A stretch of DNA of 64,000 bases from Actinomycetota bacterium (lineage in GTDB: Bacteria; Actinomycetota; Thermoleophilia; Gaiellales; F1-60-MAGs149), in NCBI GenBank assembly GCA_016870485.1, contig VGBM01000008.1, forward strand, positions 23,999 through 87,998. The letters are read 5' to 3'. The position numbers were made by a program, and so were the translations under genes. Under the pieces are notes generated by a model that saw nothing but the letters and a program-made list of their open reading frames with translations, was not told the DNA's origin and did not search any database. This document shows, one piece after another, positions 1 to 8,761 of the stretch (the stretch's first letter is position 1; every line of letters begins with the position of its first letter).

Positions 1-370
1 ACGGGCGCGACGCCGCGGGGCGGCCGCTCGTGCGCGACCTGCGGCTCGTGGCCGGCAGCGCCGTCCGGCCCGGTGTGCGCGGGCTGCGGCTGTCCTGGGA
101 GGGCATCCTGCCCGGGGAGCGCGAGGGCACCGCGGTCTGCCGCGCCGCCGAGCGCGTCGTCTCGGGCGCCGGCGGAGCGCTCGCGGGCGGCTGCCGCACG
201 CGCGGGGCGTGGGCGGCGGCGCGCTGGCGGCTCGTCTACGACCCGGGCAGCTCGGATCCCGGGGCCGCGCCGTTTCTCCCCGCGGCGAGCGCCTGGTCGC
301 GGCCCGCGACCCGTCCGGGCGCGTCCGCCTCCGTCCCGGTCCTGCCGCGGGCCTGCGCTACCCTTCGCGC

Positions 371-613
371 GTGGACCTCGGCGTCGTCAAGGAGCTCATC
401 GAGGGCGCGCTGCCGGGCAGCCGCGCTACGGTCGAGGACTTCATGGGCGCCGGCGGCGACCACCTCGCCGTCCGCGTCGAGGCCGAGCAGTTCGCCGGCA
501 AGAGCCTGATCGAGCAGCACAAGCTGATCTACGCCGCGGTGCAGGCCCAGCTCGACTCGGGCGAGATCCACGCGCTCTCCATCACCACCGTCCCGATCCA
601 GCCTGGAGCCTGA
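371..613 (+). CDS. BolA family protein
   Basis: Tail of ORF 209..613: VKELIEGALPGSRATVEDFMGAGGDHLAVRVEAEQFAGKSLIEQHKLIYAAVQAQLDSGEIHALSITT matches the BolA fold signature (H...F.G.s...rH..vy..L...iHAL). In-frame GTG at 371. The gene ends 2 nt before the Grx gene. Start uncertain. Confidence 0.8.
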   Translation: MDLGVVKELIEGALPGSRATVEDFMGAGGDHLAVRVEAEQFAGKSLIEQHKLIYAAVQAQLDSGEIHALSITTVPIQPGA

Positions 614-615
614 GC

Positions 616-954
616 ATGAGCGTCATGTCCGACGAGCAGATCTACGACGAGATCGTCGCCATCATCAACGGCAACCGCATCGCCCTGTTCATGAAGGGCA
701 CGCCCGAGGAGCCCCGCTGCGGGTTCTCGGCGCGGGTCGCCGAGCGCCTGATCGAGTCCGGCGTCGAGTTCGTCTCGGTCGACATCCTGCCGGATCCGCG
801 GATCCGCCAGCAGTTGACCGCGTTCTCGAGCTGGCCGACCACGCCGCAGCTGTTCGTGTCGGGCGAGCTGATCGGCGGCTGCGACATCGTCGAGGAGCTG
901 CACGCCACGGGCGAGCTGGCCGGCATCCTCGCGGCCGACGCGCCCGCGGAGTAG
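616..954 (+). CDS. grxD: Monothiol glutaredoxin, Grx4 family (CGFS active site)
   Basis: MSVMSDEQIYDEIVAIINGNRIALFMKGTPEEPRCGFSARV...TTPQLFVSGELIGGCDIV. CGFS motif with the canonical flanks. ATG at 616 within ORF 73..954. Confidence 0.92.
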   Translation: MSVMSDEQIYDEIVAIINGNRIALFMKGTPEEPRCGFSARVAERLIESGVEFVSVDILPDPRIRQQLTAFSSWPTTPQLFVSGELIGGCDIVEELHATGELAGILAADAPAE

Positions 955-1094
955 CCCCGCCGGCCCTCTGTTAAGGGCCTGAACACGGACTACGCGGAGG
1001 CGCTACGGAGCGTTCACGTCCGCGCAACTTCGGCCTCGCACCATGGATCTGCGACCCCGCCCACCGCGGGGTCCCGGATCACACGGAGGCCGAC

Positions 1095-1814
1095 ATGAAC
1101 CCGCACATCCTCACCGCCGTCCGGGAGACCCGCTTCTTCGAGGGCCTCTCCCCGGATCGGGCGACGCGCGCCGCCAGCGCGTTCCACCTGCGCACGTGCG
1201 AGCGGGGGGAGACGATCTCCGGCGTCGCCGACCAGGAGCCCAGCACGTACGTGATGGTCTCGGGCGTCGCTCGCGCCGTGCGGGTCAACCACGACGGCCG
1301 CTGCCTGACCAGCGGGCTCCTCGACGGCGGGATGGCCTTCGGCCGACTGCCGTACGCCGCCGACGAGGCGACGGAGCAGGTCGAGGCGCTCGTCGAGTGC
1401 GAGGTGCTGCGCGTGCCGACGCGCGACCTCGAGTCCCTCGCCGCCGTCGACCCCCTGATCGCGCGCAGCCTCGCCCAGTCGAACGCGCAGCGCCTGCGCG
1501 CCGCCGAGGCGCGGCTCGCCGCGCTCGCCTTCCAGCCGGTGCCGGCGCGCCTCGCGGGCGTCGTCCTCGAGCTCGCCGACCACTTCGGCAAGGTCACGCC
1601 GGAGGGCGTTCGCCTCGACGTTCGGCTCACGCACGGCGCGCTCGCCGAGATGACCGGCACGACGCGCGAGACCCTGACCAAGGTCTCCGGCTGGCTGCGC
1701 ACGGAGGGCATCAGCTCGATCGAGCGCCGCGCGATCTGGGTGATGGACTGGGAGGCCCTCGAGGCCGTCCACGCCGGCGCACGCTGCATGCCCGGGCGCA
1801 CGGCGCGGGCCTAA
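1095..1814 (+). CDS. Crp/Fnr family transcriptional regulator
   Basis: N-terminal cNMP-binding-like beta-barrel (FFEGLSPDRATRAASAFHLRTCERGETI) and C-terminal HTH (THGALAEMTGTTRETLTKVSGWLRTEGI). Confidence 0.85.
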   Translation: MNPHILTAVRETRFFEGLSPDRATRAASAFHLRTCERGETISGVADQEPSTYVMVSGVARAVRVNHDGRCLTSGLLDGGMAFGRLPYAADEATEQVEALVECEVLRVPTRDLESLAAVDPLIARSLAQSNAQRLRAAEARLAALAFQPVPARLAGVVLELADHFGKVTPEGVRLDVRLTHGALAEMTGTTRETLTKVSGWLRTEGISSIERRAIWVMDWEALEAVHAGARCMPGRTARA

Positions 1815-1835
1815 CCGACTGCTAGGGTCCCGGCC

Positions 1836-2747
1836 GTGCCCCGCCTGGTCGCCGTCGGCTCGATCGCGTACGACTCGCTCGAGACGCCCTTCGGGCGCCG
1901 CGAGCGGGCGCTGGGCGGCTCCGCGGTCCACTTCGCCCTCGCCGCGCGCCTCTTCACCGAGGTCGGCGTGGTCGGGGTGGTCGGCGACGACTTCGACGGC
2001 GAGCCCGTGCTCGCCGAGCGCGGCGTCGACACGAGCGGCATCCAGGTCGTCACGGGCGGCGCCACGTTCGCCTGGGAGGGGCGCTACGGCTACGACCTGA
2101 ACGTGGCGGAGACGCTCGACACCCGCCTCGGCGTGTTCGAGCACTTCGACCCGCAGCTCGGTCCCGCGCACCGAGACGCGCCGGTGCTCTTCCTCGGCAA
2201 CATCCAGCCGGACCTGCAGCGCTCCGTGCGCGCCCAGTCGAACGCGGCCTTCGTGGCCCTCGACTCGATGAACCTCTGGATCGAGATCGCGCGGGACGCG
2301 CTCGTGGCGGCGATCGGCGAGGTCGACGCCGTCATCCTCAACGACGGCGAGGCGCGCCAGCTGACCGGCGAGGCGACCCTCGTGCGGGCGGCCCGCGCGA
2401 TCAGCGCGCTCGGCCCGCGCATCGTCGTCATCAAGCGCGGCGAGTACGGGGCGGCGCTGTTCGTCGACGGGCGCTTCTTCGGGGTGCCCGGCTACCCGCT
2501 CGAGGAGGTCTTCGACCCGACGGGGGCGGGGGACTCGTTCGCCGGCGGCTTCGTCGGCTACCTGGCCGCCTCCGGCCAGACCAGCCCGGACCTCGAGCAC
2601 CTGCGCCGCGCCGTCGCCTACGGCTCGATCGTCGCCTCCTTCAACGTCGAGGAGTTCGGGACGGAGCGGGTGCAGCGGCTCGCACGCGACGAGGTCGACG
2701 GGCGCGTGCGCGACTTCCACGCGATGACGTCGTTCGTCCTCGGCTGA
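1836..2747 (+). CDS. PfkB family carbohydrate/nucleoside kinase
   Basis: 303 aa ending with the PfkB signature DPTGAGDSFAGGFVGYL. Ribokinase-like layout. Confidence 0.85.
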   Translation: MPRLVAVGSIAYDSLETPFGRRERALGGSAVHFALAARLFTEVGVVGVVGDDFDGEPVLAERGVDTSGIQVVTGGATFAWEGRYGYDLNVAETLDTRLGVFEHFDPQLGPAHRDAPVLFLGNIQPDLQRSVRAQSNAAFVALDSMNLWIEIARDALVAAIGEVDAVILNDGEARQLTGEATLVRAARAISALGPRIVVIKRGEYGAALFVDGRFFGVPGYPLEEVFDPTGAGDSFAGGFVGYLAASGQTSPDLEHLRRAVAYGSIVASFNVEEFGTERVQRLARDEVDGRVRDFHAMTSFVLG

Positions 2748-2796
2748 GGGGCGCACCCGCGTCGCCGGACGGGCGCCGGTTGGTAGCCTGCGGGCC

Positions 2797-4710
2797 GTGA
2801 AGGTCCACCTCCCCGACGGCACCGAGCTCGAGCTCCCCGACGGCGCGACCGGACTCGACTGCGCGCGCGCGATCGGCGAGCGCCTCGCGAAGGCCACGGC
2901 TGCGGTCGAGGTCGACGGCGAGCTGCGCGACCTGCGCCTGCCCCTGCCCGACGGCGCGCACGTGCGCATCATCCGCGTCGGCGACCCCGAGGCCCTCGCC
3001 GTGCTGCGCCACTCGACGGCGCACGTCCTCGCTGAGGCCGCCCGCCACGTCTTCCCCGGCGTGAGGATCTCGATCGGTCCGGCGATCGACAACGGCTTCT
3101 ACTACGACTTCGACTTCCCCGAGCCGATCGGCGAGGCGGACCTGCAGCGGCTCGAGGACGAGATGCGCCGGATCCTCAAGACGCGCCACGCCTTCGAGCG
3201 CGGCACGGTGGAGCGCGACGCGATCCGCCAGCGCTTCGTCGACGAGGACGAGGCGTACAAGGTCGAGCTGATCGACGACCTGCCCGTCGACGAGCCCCTG
3301 ACGGTCTACACGCAGGACGACTTCACCGACCTCTGCCGCGGCCCGCACCTGCAGGACACGGGCCCGATCAAGGCCTTCACCCTGACGCACCTCGCGGGCG
3401 CCTACTGGCGCGGCGACGCGACGCGGCCGATGCTGACGCGGGTCTACGGCACCGCCTTCTTCACGCAGGAGGACCTCGACCAGCACCTGCGCAACATCGA
3501 GGAGGCGCTCAAGCGCGACCACCGCCGGCTCGGGCGCGAGCTGGACCTCTTCTCCTTCAACGACGCCTCGCCGGGCGCGCCCTTCTGGCACCCGAAGGGC
3601 ATGGTCGTCTGGAACACCCTCGTCGACATGTGGCGCGAGGAGAACGGGGCGCGCGGCTACCAGGAGGTGAAGACGCCGATCCTCTACGCGTCCGACCTCT
3701 GGAAGACCTCCGGCCACTGGGACAAGTTCCGGGACAACATGTACCTGCTCGAGATCGAGGAGCGCGCCTTCGGCATGAAGCCGATGAACTGCCCGGCGCA
3801 CTGCCTGATCTTCGGCAGCGAGCGCCGCTCCTACCGCGAGCTGCCGCTGCGCATGAACGAGGTCGGCCTCGTGCACCGCCACGAGCCCTCCGGCACGCTG
3901 CACGGGCTGATGCGGGTGCGCCACATCACGCAGGACGACGCGCACCTCTTCATCACGGTCGACCAGATCGAGGAGGAGGTGCAGGGGGTGCTCCGCTTCG
4001 CGCTCGACCTCTACGAGCTGTTCGCGATGGACTACCGGATCGAGCTCTCCACACGGCCCGCGGTGCGGGTCGGGGACGACGCGATCTGGGACAAGGCCGA
4101 GGAGGCCCTGCACCGCGTCCTGCAGGCCCGCGGGATCGAGTACCGGGTCAATGAGGGCGACGGCGCCTTCTACGGCCCGAAGATCGACCTGCACCTGACG
4201 GACTCGCTCGGCCGCTCCTGGCAGTGCGGCACGGTCCAGCTCGACTTCAACCTGCCGGAGCGCTTCGAGCTCGCCTACACGGGCGCGGACGACCGCGACC
4301 ACCGACCCGTGATGATCCACCGCGCGCTGCTCGGCAGCTTCGAGCGCTTCATCGGCATCCTGATCGAGCACTACGGCGGGGCGTTCCCGCTCTGGCTTGC
4401 GCCGGTGCAGGCCGTGATCCTGCCGATCTCGGACCGCCACCACGAGGCCGCTGAGCTCGCCTGCGCGACGCTGAAGGCGGCCGGGCTGCGCGCCCAGGTC
4501 GACGCCCGCGGCGAGTCGATCGGCAAGCGCATCGCGGAGGCCGAGACGCAGAAGGTTCCGGCGATGCTCGTGATCGGCGACCGCGAGGCGGAGGCGGGGG
4601 CGGCGGCGGTGCGCCGCCACGGCGGCCACGACCTCGGCACGCAGCCGCTCGCCCGCGTCGTGGAGGAGCTCGCGCAGGAGCGCGACGCCCGCGTCGTCCA
4701 CGGCGCGTAG
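2797..4710 (+). CDS. thrS: Threonine--tRNA ligase
   Basis: 637 aa with TGS domain, second additional domain (RHSTAHVLAEA), class II core (FGMKPMNCPAHCLIF, HRHEPSGTLHGLMRVR) and anticodon-binding domain. Confidence 0.97.
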   Translation: MKVHLPDGTELELPDGATGLDCARAIGERLAKATAAVEVDGELRDLRLPLPDGAHVRIIRVGDPEALAVLRHSTAHVLAEAARHVFPGVRISIGPAIDNGFYYDFDFPEPIGEADLQRLEDEMRRILKTRHAFERGTVERDAIRQRFVDEDEAYKVELIDDLPVDEPLTVYTQDDFTDLCRGPHLQDTGPIKAFTLTHLAGAYWRGDATRPMLTRVYGTAFFTQEDLDQHLRNIEEALKRDHRRLGRELDLFSFNDASPGAPFWHPKGMVVWNTLVDMWREENGARGYQEVKTPILYASDLWKTSGHWDKFRDNMYLLEIEERAFGMKPMNCPAHCLIFGSERRSYRELPLRMNEVGLVHRHEPSGTLHGLMRVRHITQDDAHLFITVDQIEEEVQGVLRFALDLYELFAMDYRIELSTRPAVRVGDDAIWDKAEEALHRVLQARGIEYRVNEGDGAFYGPKIDLHLTDSLGRSWQCGTVQLDFNLPERFELAYTGADDRDHRPVMIHRALLGSFERFIGILIEHYGGAFPLWLAPVQAVILPISDRHHEAAELACATLKAAGLRAQVDARGESIGKRIAEAETQKVPAMLVIGDREAEAGAAAVRRHGGHDLGTQPLARVVEELAQERDARVVHGA

Positions 4711-4882
4711 GCCGTCGCAGATGGTGCGAGACGCGGTGGAAACCGCGTACTGATGCGGGTGGAGCGCACGGGCGGGGCGTCCGTACCGTGCTACGATCGC
4801 CCGCGTCGGTCGGCCCCGGGCCTGCCGTCACCCACCCGATCAACGAACGGAGACCACCACCCTTGCGCACGGAGCACCAGCC

Positions 4883-5983
4883 TTGAGGCCACGCGGCGGA
4901 TTCGACCGCCCGCCGGACGAACCGCGCGTCCGCATCAACGAGGCCATTCGGGTACCGCAGGTGCGCCTGATCGGCGCAGACGGTGAGCAGATCGGGGTCA
5001 AGGACCGGGACGAGGCGCTGGAGTACGCCTGGAACCTGAACCTGGACCTCGTCGAGGTGGCCGCCGACGCTCGCCCGCCCGTCTGCCGGGTGATGGACTA
5101 CTCGAAGTACAAGTACGAGCAGGAGCAGAAGGCCAAGCTCGCCCGCAAGCACCAGAACGTCATCGTCATCAAGGAGATCAAGCTGCGCCCGAAGGTCGGC
5201 CAGCACGACTACGAGACGAAGCGCGGGCACGTGATCCGGTTCCTCAAGAAGCGCGACAAGGTCAAGGTCACGATCATGTTCCGCGGCCGCGAGATGACGC
5301 ACCCCGAGCGCGGCCGCGACCTCCTGCTGCGCCTCGCCGAGGACCTCAAGGAGCTCGCGGTCATCGAGTCGGAGCCGCTGCAGGACGGCCGCAACATGGT
5401 GATGATGTTGGCCCCCTCCAAGCAGCTGATGAAGGAGGACGGCAAGGCTGAGAGCGGAGAGGACGAGGATCGCCCCGTCAAGCCCGCGCCCACCGTCAAG
5501 CCCACCCCGACGCCCGTCGCCACGGAGACCCAGGCGCCCGAGCCCGCCGTGGTGGGGGTCGCCGAGGTCGTCGCCGAGGTTGAGGAGGCCGCACCGGCGG
5601 CCGCGGAGGCCGAGCCCGTGGAGGCGGTCGCCGAGATCGTGGTGGCGGAGACCGCTGCCCCGGTTGCGGACCCGAAGCCGGAGCCCGCCACGGCCCCGGC
5701 CGCCGCCAAGCCGGTGGCGAAGCCGAAGGCCACGGCGAAGCCGAAGGCGCCCGCCAAGCAGAAGGCCGCTGCGGCGGAGAAGCCCGCGGCGAAGGCCCCG
5801 GCCAAGCCGAAGGCGCCCGCCAGGCCCAAGGCGGCCGCGGCGGAGAAGCCCGCCGCGAAGGCCCCGGCCAAGCCCAAGCCGGCGGCCGCCGCGAAGGCGC
5901 CCGCCAAGCCGAAGACGACCACCACCCGCAAGACGACCACCGCCAGGAAGCCTGCTGCCGCGCCCGACGCCGACAACGGGTAG
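4883..5983 (+). CDS. infC: Translation initiation factor IF-3 with a long C-terminal low-complexity extension
   Basis: Residues ~17-180 are canonical IF3 (RINEAIRVPQVRLIGADGEQIGV...IKEIKLRPKVGQHDYETKRGHVIRFLKKRDKVKVTIMFRGRE). Residues 181-366 are an acidic then Lys/Ala/Pro-rich tail. The TTG start at 4883 is uncertain, because IF3 genes often use atypical start codons. Confidence 0.93.
   Translation: MRPRGGFDRPPDEPRVRINEAIRVPQVRLIGADGEQIGVKDRDEALEYAWNLNLDLVEVAADARPPVCRVMDYSKYKYEQEQKAKLARKHQNVIVIKEIKLRPKVGQHDYETKRGHVIRFLKKRDKVKVTIMFRGREMTHPERGRDLLLRLAEDLKELAVIESEPLQDGRNMVMMLAPSKQLMKEDGKAESGEDEDRPVKPAPTVKPTPTPVATETQAPEPAVVGVAEVVAEVEEAAPAAAEAEPVEAVAEIVVAETAAPVADPKPEPATAPAAAKPVAKPKATAKPKAPAKQKAAAAEKPAAKAPAKPKAPARPKAAAAEKPAAKAPAKPKPAAAAKAPAKPKTTTTRKTTTARKPAAAPDADNG
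5762..5880 (+). repeat. In-frame 66-nt tandem duplication inside the infC tail (KAAAAEKPAAKAPAKPK unit)
   Basis: aaggccgctgcggcggagaagcccgcggcgaaggccccggccaagcc at 5762 recurs nearly identically at 5828 (aaggcggccgcggcggagaagcccgccgcgaaggccccggccaagcc). The period is 66 nt. Confidence 0.85.
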
Positions 5984-6009
5984 TCTGCCGCGCAGCTCGA
6001 GGACGCACG

Positions 6010-6207
6010 ATGCCGAAGGTCAAGACCAACTCCAGCGCCAAGAAGCGCATGAAGGTGTCCGGCAAGGGCAAGATCGCCCGTCGCCAGGCCATGGAGTCGC
6101 ACCTGCGCGGCAAGATGACGGCCAAGCGCCGCCGCAAACTGAGCCAGGATCAGCCGATGGCGAAGGCCGACTACAAGGAGGCCCTGCGCCTCCTCGGGAA
6201 GCGGTAG
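6010..6207 (+). CDS. rpmI: 50S ribosomal protein L35
   Basis: MPKVKTNSSAKKRMKVSGKGKIARRQAMESHL... Position between infC and rplT. Confidence 0.97.
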   Translation: MPKVKTNSSAKKRMKVSGKGKIARRQAMESHLRGKMTAKRRRKLSQDQPMAKADYKEALRLLGKR

Positions 6208-6216
6208 GGACGCCCG

Positions 6217-6579
6217 ATGGCCCGCGTCAAGCGCTCCGTCAGCGCCAAGAAGAAGCGCCGCAAGGTCCTCGAGGAGGCCTCCGGGTACTGGGGCCTCAAG
6301 TCGAAGCTGTACCGCCAGGCGAAGATGCAGGTCGCCCGCTCGGGCAACTACGCCTACCGCGACCGCCGCGTCCGCAAGCGCGACTTCCGCTCGCTCTGGA
6401 TCGTCCGCATCAACGCGGGCGCCCGCCAGCACGACCTCTCGTACTCGCAGTTCATGCACGGCCTCAAGGTGGCCGGCGTGACCGCGGACCGCAAGGTCCT
6501 CGCGGACCTCGCGCTGAACGAGCCCGCGGCCTTCGGCGCCCTCGCCGAGAAGGCCAAGGCCGCGCTGGCCGCCGCGTAG
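6217..6579 (+). CDS. rplT: 50S ribosomal protein L20
   Basis: [26 protein letters not shown]...[24 protein letters not shown]. Confidence 0.97.
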   Translation: MARVKRSVSAKKKRRKVLEEASGYWGLKSKLYRQAKMQVARSGNYAYRDRRVRKRDFRSLWIVRINAGARQHDLSYSQFMHGLKVAGVTADRKVLADLALNEPAAFGALAEKAKAALAAA

Positions 6580-6590
6580 GCGGCGCCCGC

Positions 6591-7337
6591 GTGGAGCCGA
6601 TCCGCAGCCTGCGGAACCCGGCGCTGCAGCGCGTGCGCGCGCTCCGGCGCACCTCCGAGCGCCGCGCGCAGGGCCGGTTCGCCGTCGAGGGCGAGGACCA
6701 GGTCCTGGCGGCGATCCGCGCCGGTGCCGTGCTCGAGGACCTGCTCGTCCGGGAAGGCGCTTCCGCGCCCGCGGGGGCGGGGGTCGAGCCCCTCGTCGTG
6801 GCGGCGGAGGCGATGGACCGCATCTCGGCGGTCGCCTCGGGCAGCCGCGTGATCGCCGTCGTGCGCGCCGACTCGATGCCGCAGCCGCCCGCCGGGCTCT
6901 CGGGCGTGGGCCTCGTCCTCTGCGGCGTCTCCGACCCGGGCAACGTCGGCACGCTCCTGCGCACCGCTGCCGCCTTCGCCGCCGAGGTCGTGGTGCTGGG
7001 GGCGCCGAGCGCCGACCCGACGGCCCCGAAGGCGGTGCGGGCCGCGACCGGGGCGACGTTCGCCGTGCCCACTCTCGCCGTGGACGACCCCGCGCTGGCC
7101 TACCCGGAGGCGCGCCTCGTGGCCCTCGACGCCAAGGGGGACCGCGACCTCGCCGGCTGCGACCTGACGGGCCCCGTCCTGATCGCACTCGGCGCCGAGC
7201 GCGAGGGTCTGCCCGCGTCGGTGCGCGACCGCGCCGACGTCGTCTGCCGCATCCCGCAGTCGGACCGCGCCGAGTCGCTCAACGTCGCGGCGGCCGGCGC
7301 GATCGCGCTGTCGATGGCGTACCGGCTCAGCACCTGA
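6591..7337 (+). CDS. TrmH/SpoU family RNA 2'-O-methyltransferase
   Basis: GTG at 6591 in ORF 5580..7337. RSLRNPALQRVRALRRTSERRAQGRFAVEGEDQV (substrate-binding N domain), then the SPOUT motifs GVSDPGNVGTLLRTAAAF, LGAEREGL and IPQSDRAESLNVAAAGAIAL. The position after rplT is typical. Confidence 0.88.
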   Translation: MEPIRSLRNPALQRVRALRRTSERRAQGRFAVEGEDQVLAAIRAGAVLEDLLVREGASAPAGAGVEPLVVAAEAMDRISAVASGSRVIAVVRADSMPQPPAGLSGVGLVLCGVSDPGNVGTLLRTAAAFAAEVVVLGAPSADPTAPKAVRAATGATFAVPTLAVDDPALAYPEARLVALDAKGDRDLAGCDLTGPVLIALGAEREGLPASVRDRADVVCRIPQSDRAESLNVAAAGAIALSMAYRLST

Positions 7338-7400
7338 CCCGCCCCGGCGGCATCGATATCGATCGGCGCGTCGCAACTCGCCGAGGCGGGGCCGGCGCTC

Positions 7401-8120
7401 CTAGCGCCGCTGCGCGATCACCACGAGGTCGCCCGTGCCGTCCTCGCGCACGGGCCCGCCGGCGAAGTCGCCCCAGGCGGTGATCACCTCGAAGCCGGCC
7501 TCCTCGACGAGCCGCAGCCAGTGCTCGGCGGGCACGGGGTGGAGGATGAGGGTCGTGGTGCGGCCGCGCATCTCGACCTCGATCCGCGTGGTGCCGTCGG
7601 CGCGGTGCCAGTCGGCCCGCTCCTTCGCGCCCGAGTCGCGGTGGTACCACTGGCCCTGCGTGGCGTCGATGTCCTCGGGCGTGGGCGAGAAGACGTCGAA
7701 GGCGAGGAAGCCGTGCTCCGCGAGCAGGTCGCGGGCGGCCCCGAAGGCGGCCAGGCGTGCGGCGTCGTCGGGCAGGTGCAGGAGGCTCCGGAAGGGGATC
7801 AGGACGCGGTCGTACGCACCCTCGACACCGGGCGCGAGCAGGTCGCCGGTGCGGACCTCGACGCGCTCGAGGACGCCGGCCTCCGCGGCGTTCAGGCGCA
7901 GGCGCTCGCGCATGGCGTCGGAGGGGTCGACGGCGATCACGTCGTAGCCGGCCTCGGCTAGCGGGATCGCGATGCGGCCCGTGCCGGCGGCCAGCTCGAC
8001 GATCGGCGCCTCGGACCCCTGCGCCATCCCGAGGTAGTGGGGGATGTCCTCGACGACCTCGAGGCACCACGCGTCGTAGATGTCGGCGATCGCCGCGTAC
8101 TCGTCGACGGGGTCCGCCAC
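7401..8120 (-). CDS. Class I SAM-dependent methyltransferase, substrate unknown
   Basis: GTG at 8120 in ORF 7401..8642. Motif I VELAAGTGRIAIPLAEAGYDVIAVDPSDAM. The start lies 2 nt after the hisIE stop, so it is probably co-transcribed with the his operon. Confidence 0.8.
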   Translation of the reverse strand: MADPVDEYAAIADIYDAWCLEVVEDIPHYLGMAQGSEAPIVELAAGTGRIAIPLAEAGYDVIAVDPSDAMRERLRLNAAEAGVLERVEVRTGDLLAPGVEGAYDRVLIPFRSLLHLPDDAARLAAFGAARDLLAEHGFLAFDVFSPTPEDIDATQGQWYHRDSGAKERADWHRADGTTRIEVEMRGRTTTLILHPVPAEHWLRLVEEAGFEVITAWGDFAGGPVREDGTGDLVVIAQRR

Positions 8121-8122
8121 GG

Positions 8123-8761
8123 CTAGCCCCGGAGCCAGCGCGGTGCCAGGCCCTCGCGCTCGGCGAGGACGTCGAGGACGCGCAGGGGGTCGGTGCCGTC
8201 GCGGGCGAGCAGCACCAGCAGGTGGAAGAGGACGTCGGCGGCCTCCTCGGCCTGGTGGTCGCTTCCGGGGGCGGCCTCGAGCACCTCCGCGGCCTCCTCG
8301 GCCACCTTGCCGGCGGCCACGTCGCGGTCGGCGGCGAGCAGGCGCGCCACGTAGGACGTCTCGGGGTCGACGCCGCGGCGGGCCGCGATCGTCCCGGCGA
8401 GGCGACTGAGCAGGGGGCCGGCGTCGTCGCCCCAGCAGGAACGGGTCCCGGTGTGGCAGGCGGGGCCGGCGGGCGAGACCAGCACGAGCAGCGCGTCCCG
8501 GTCGCAGTCGAGCCGGACCGACTCGACCTCGAGGACGTTGCCGCTCGTGGCGCCCTTCTCCCAGAGCTCGTGGCGCGAGCGCGACCAGAAGGTCGCCCGG
8601 CGCGTGGTGAGCGTCTGCGCGAGAGCGTCGGCGTTCATCCACGCCATCATCAGCACGGTGCCGTCGACGGCGTCCTGGCAGACCGCGGGGATCAGCCCGG
8701 CGTCGTCGTAGACCGGCTCGCCCGTGAGGGTCAGCGCATCGGCAGGCTCCTGGCTCGGCAT
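8123..8761 (-). CDS. hisIE: Bifunctional phosphoribosyl-AMP cyclohydrolase / phosphoribosyl-ATP pyrophosphatase
   Basis: ATG at 8761 in ORF 8123..9139. HisI part [26 protein letters not shown]...[28 protein letters not shown]. HisE part [25 protein letters not shown]...[14 protein letters not shown]. The start overlaps the hisF 3' end by about 31 nt. Confidence 0.92.
   Translation of the reverse strand: MPSQEPADALTLTGEPVYDDAGLIPAVCQDAVDGTVLMMAWMNADALAQTLTTRRATFWSRSRHELWEKGATSGNVLEVESVRLDCDRDALLVLVSPAGPACHTGTRSCWGDDAGPLLSRLAGTIAARRGVDPETSYVARLLAADRDVAAGKVAEEAAEVLEAAPGSDHQAEEAADVLFHLLVLLARDGTDPLRVLDVLAEREGLAPRWLRG

Noticed and set aside
4711-4882. Regulatory leader (L20-binding or thrS operator-like) between thrS and infC
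   Set aside because: Only one small hairpin (ACGCGGT-GGAA-ACCGCGT, about 4730-4747) is evident. That fits a thrS terminator as well as anything else. I have no recognisable similarity to the Firmicute L20 leader, and I cannot evaluate pseudoknot mimicry by eye.
1014-7188. Very long antisense or alternate-frame ORFs (e.g. 1014..3092-, 2641..4701-, 5209..7188-, 5580..7337+ N-terminal part; elsewhere 19752..23591-, 52227..55043-, 25562..26899+, 9749..12007+)
   Set aside because: Their translations are Arg/Pro/Gly/Ala-rich low-complexity strings. They overlap strongly supported genes (thrS, infC, nrdJ, the sulfatase, his genes). They are the stop-poor shadow frames expected in very GC-rich DNA. 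Their third positions lack the G/C bias seen in the called genes.
7352-7363. Perfect 12-bp palindrome ATCGATATCGAT between convergent trmH and the methyltransferase gene
   Set aside because: It is short and AT-rich, and no adjacent gene start exists for it to regulate. It may just contribute to a weak bidirectional terminator together with the flanking GCCCCG/CGGGGC arms. That is not enough to assign a function.
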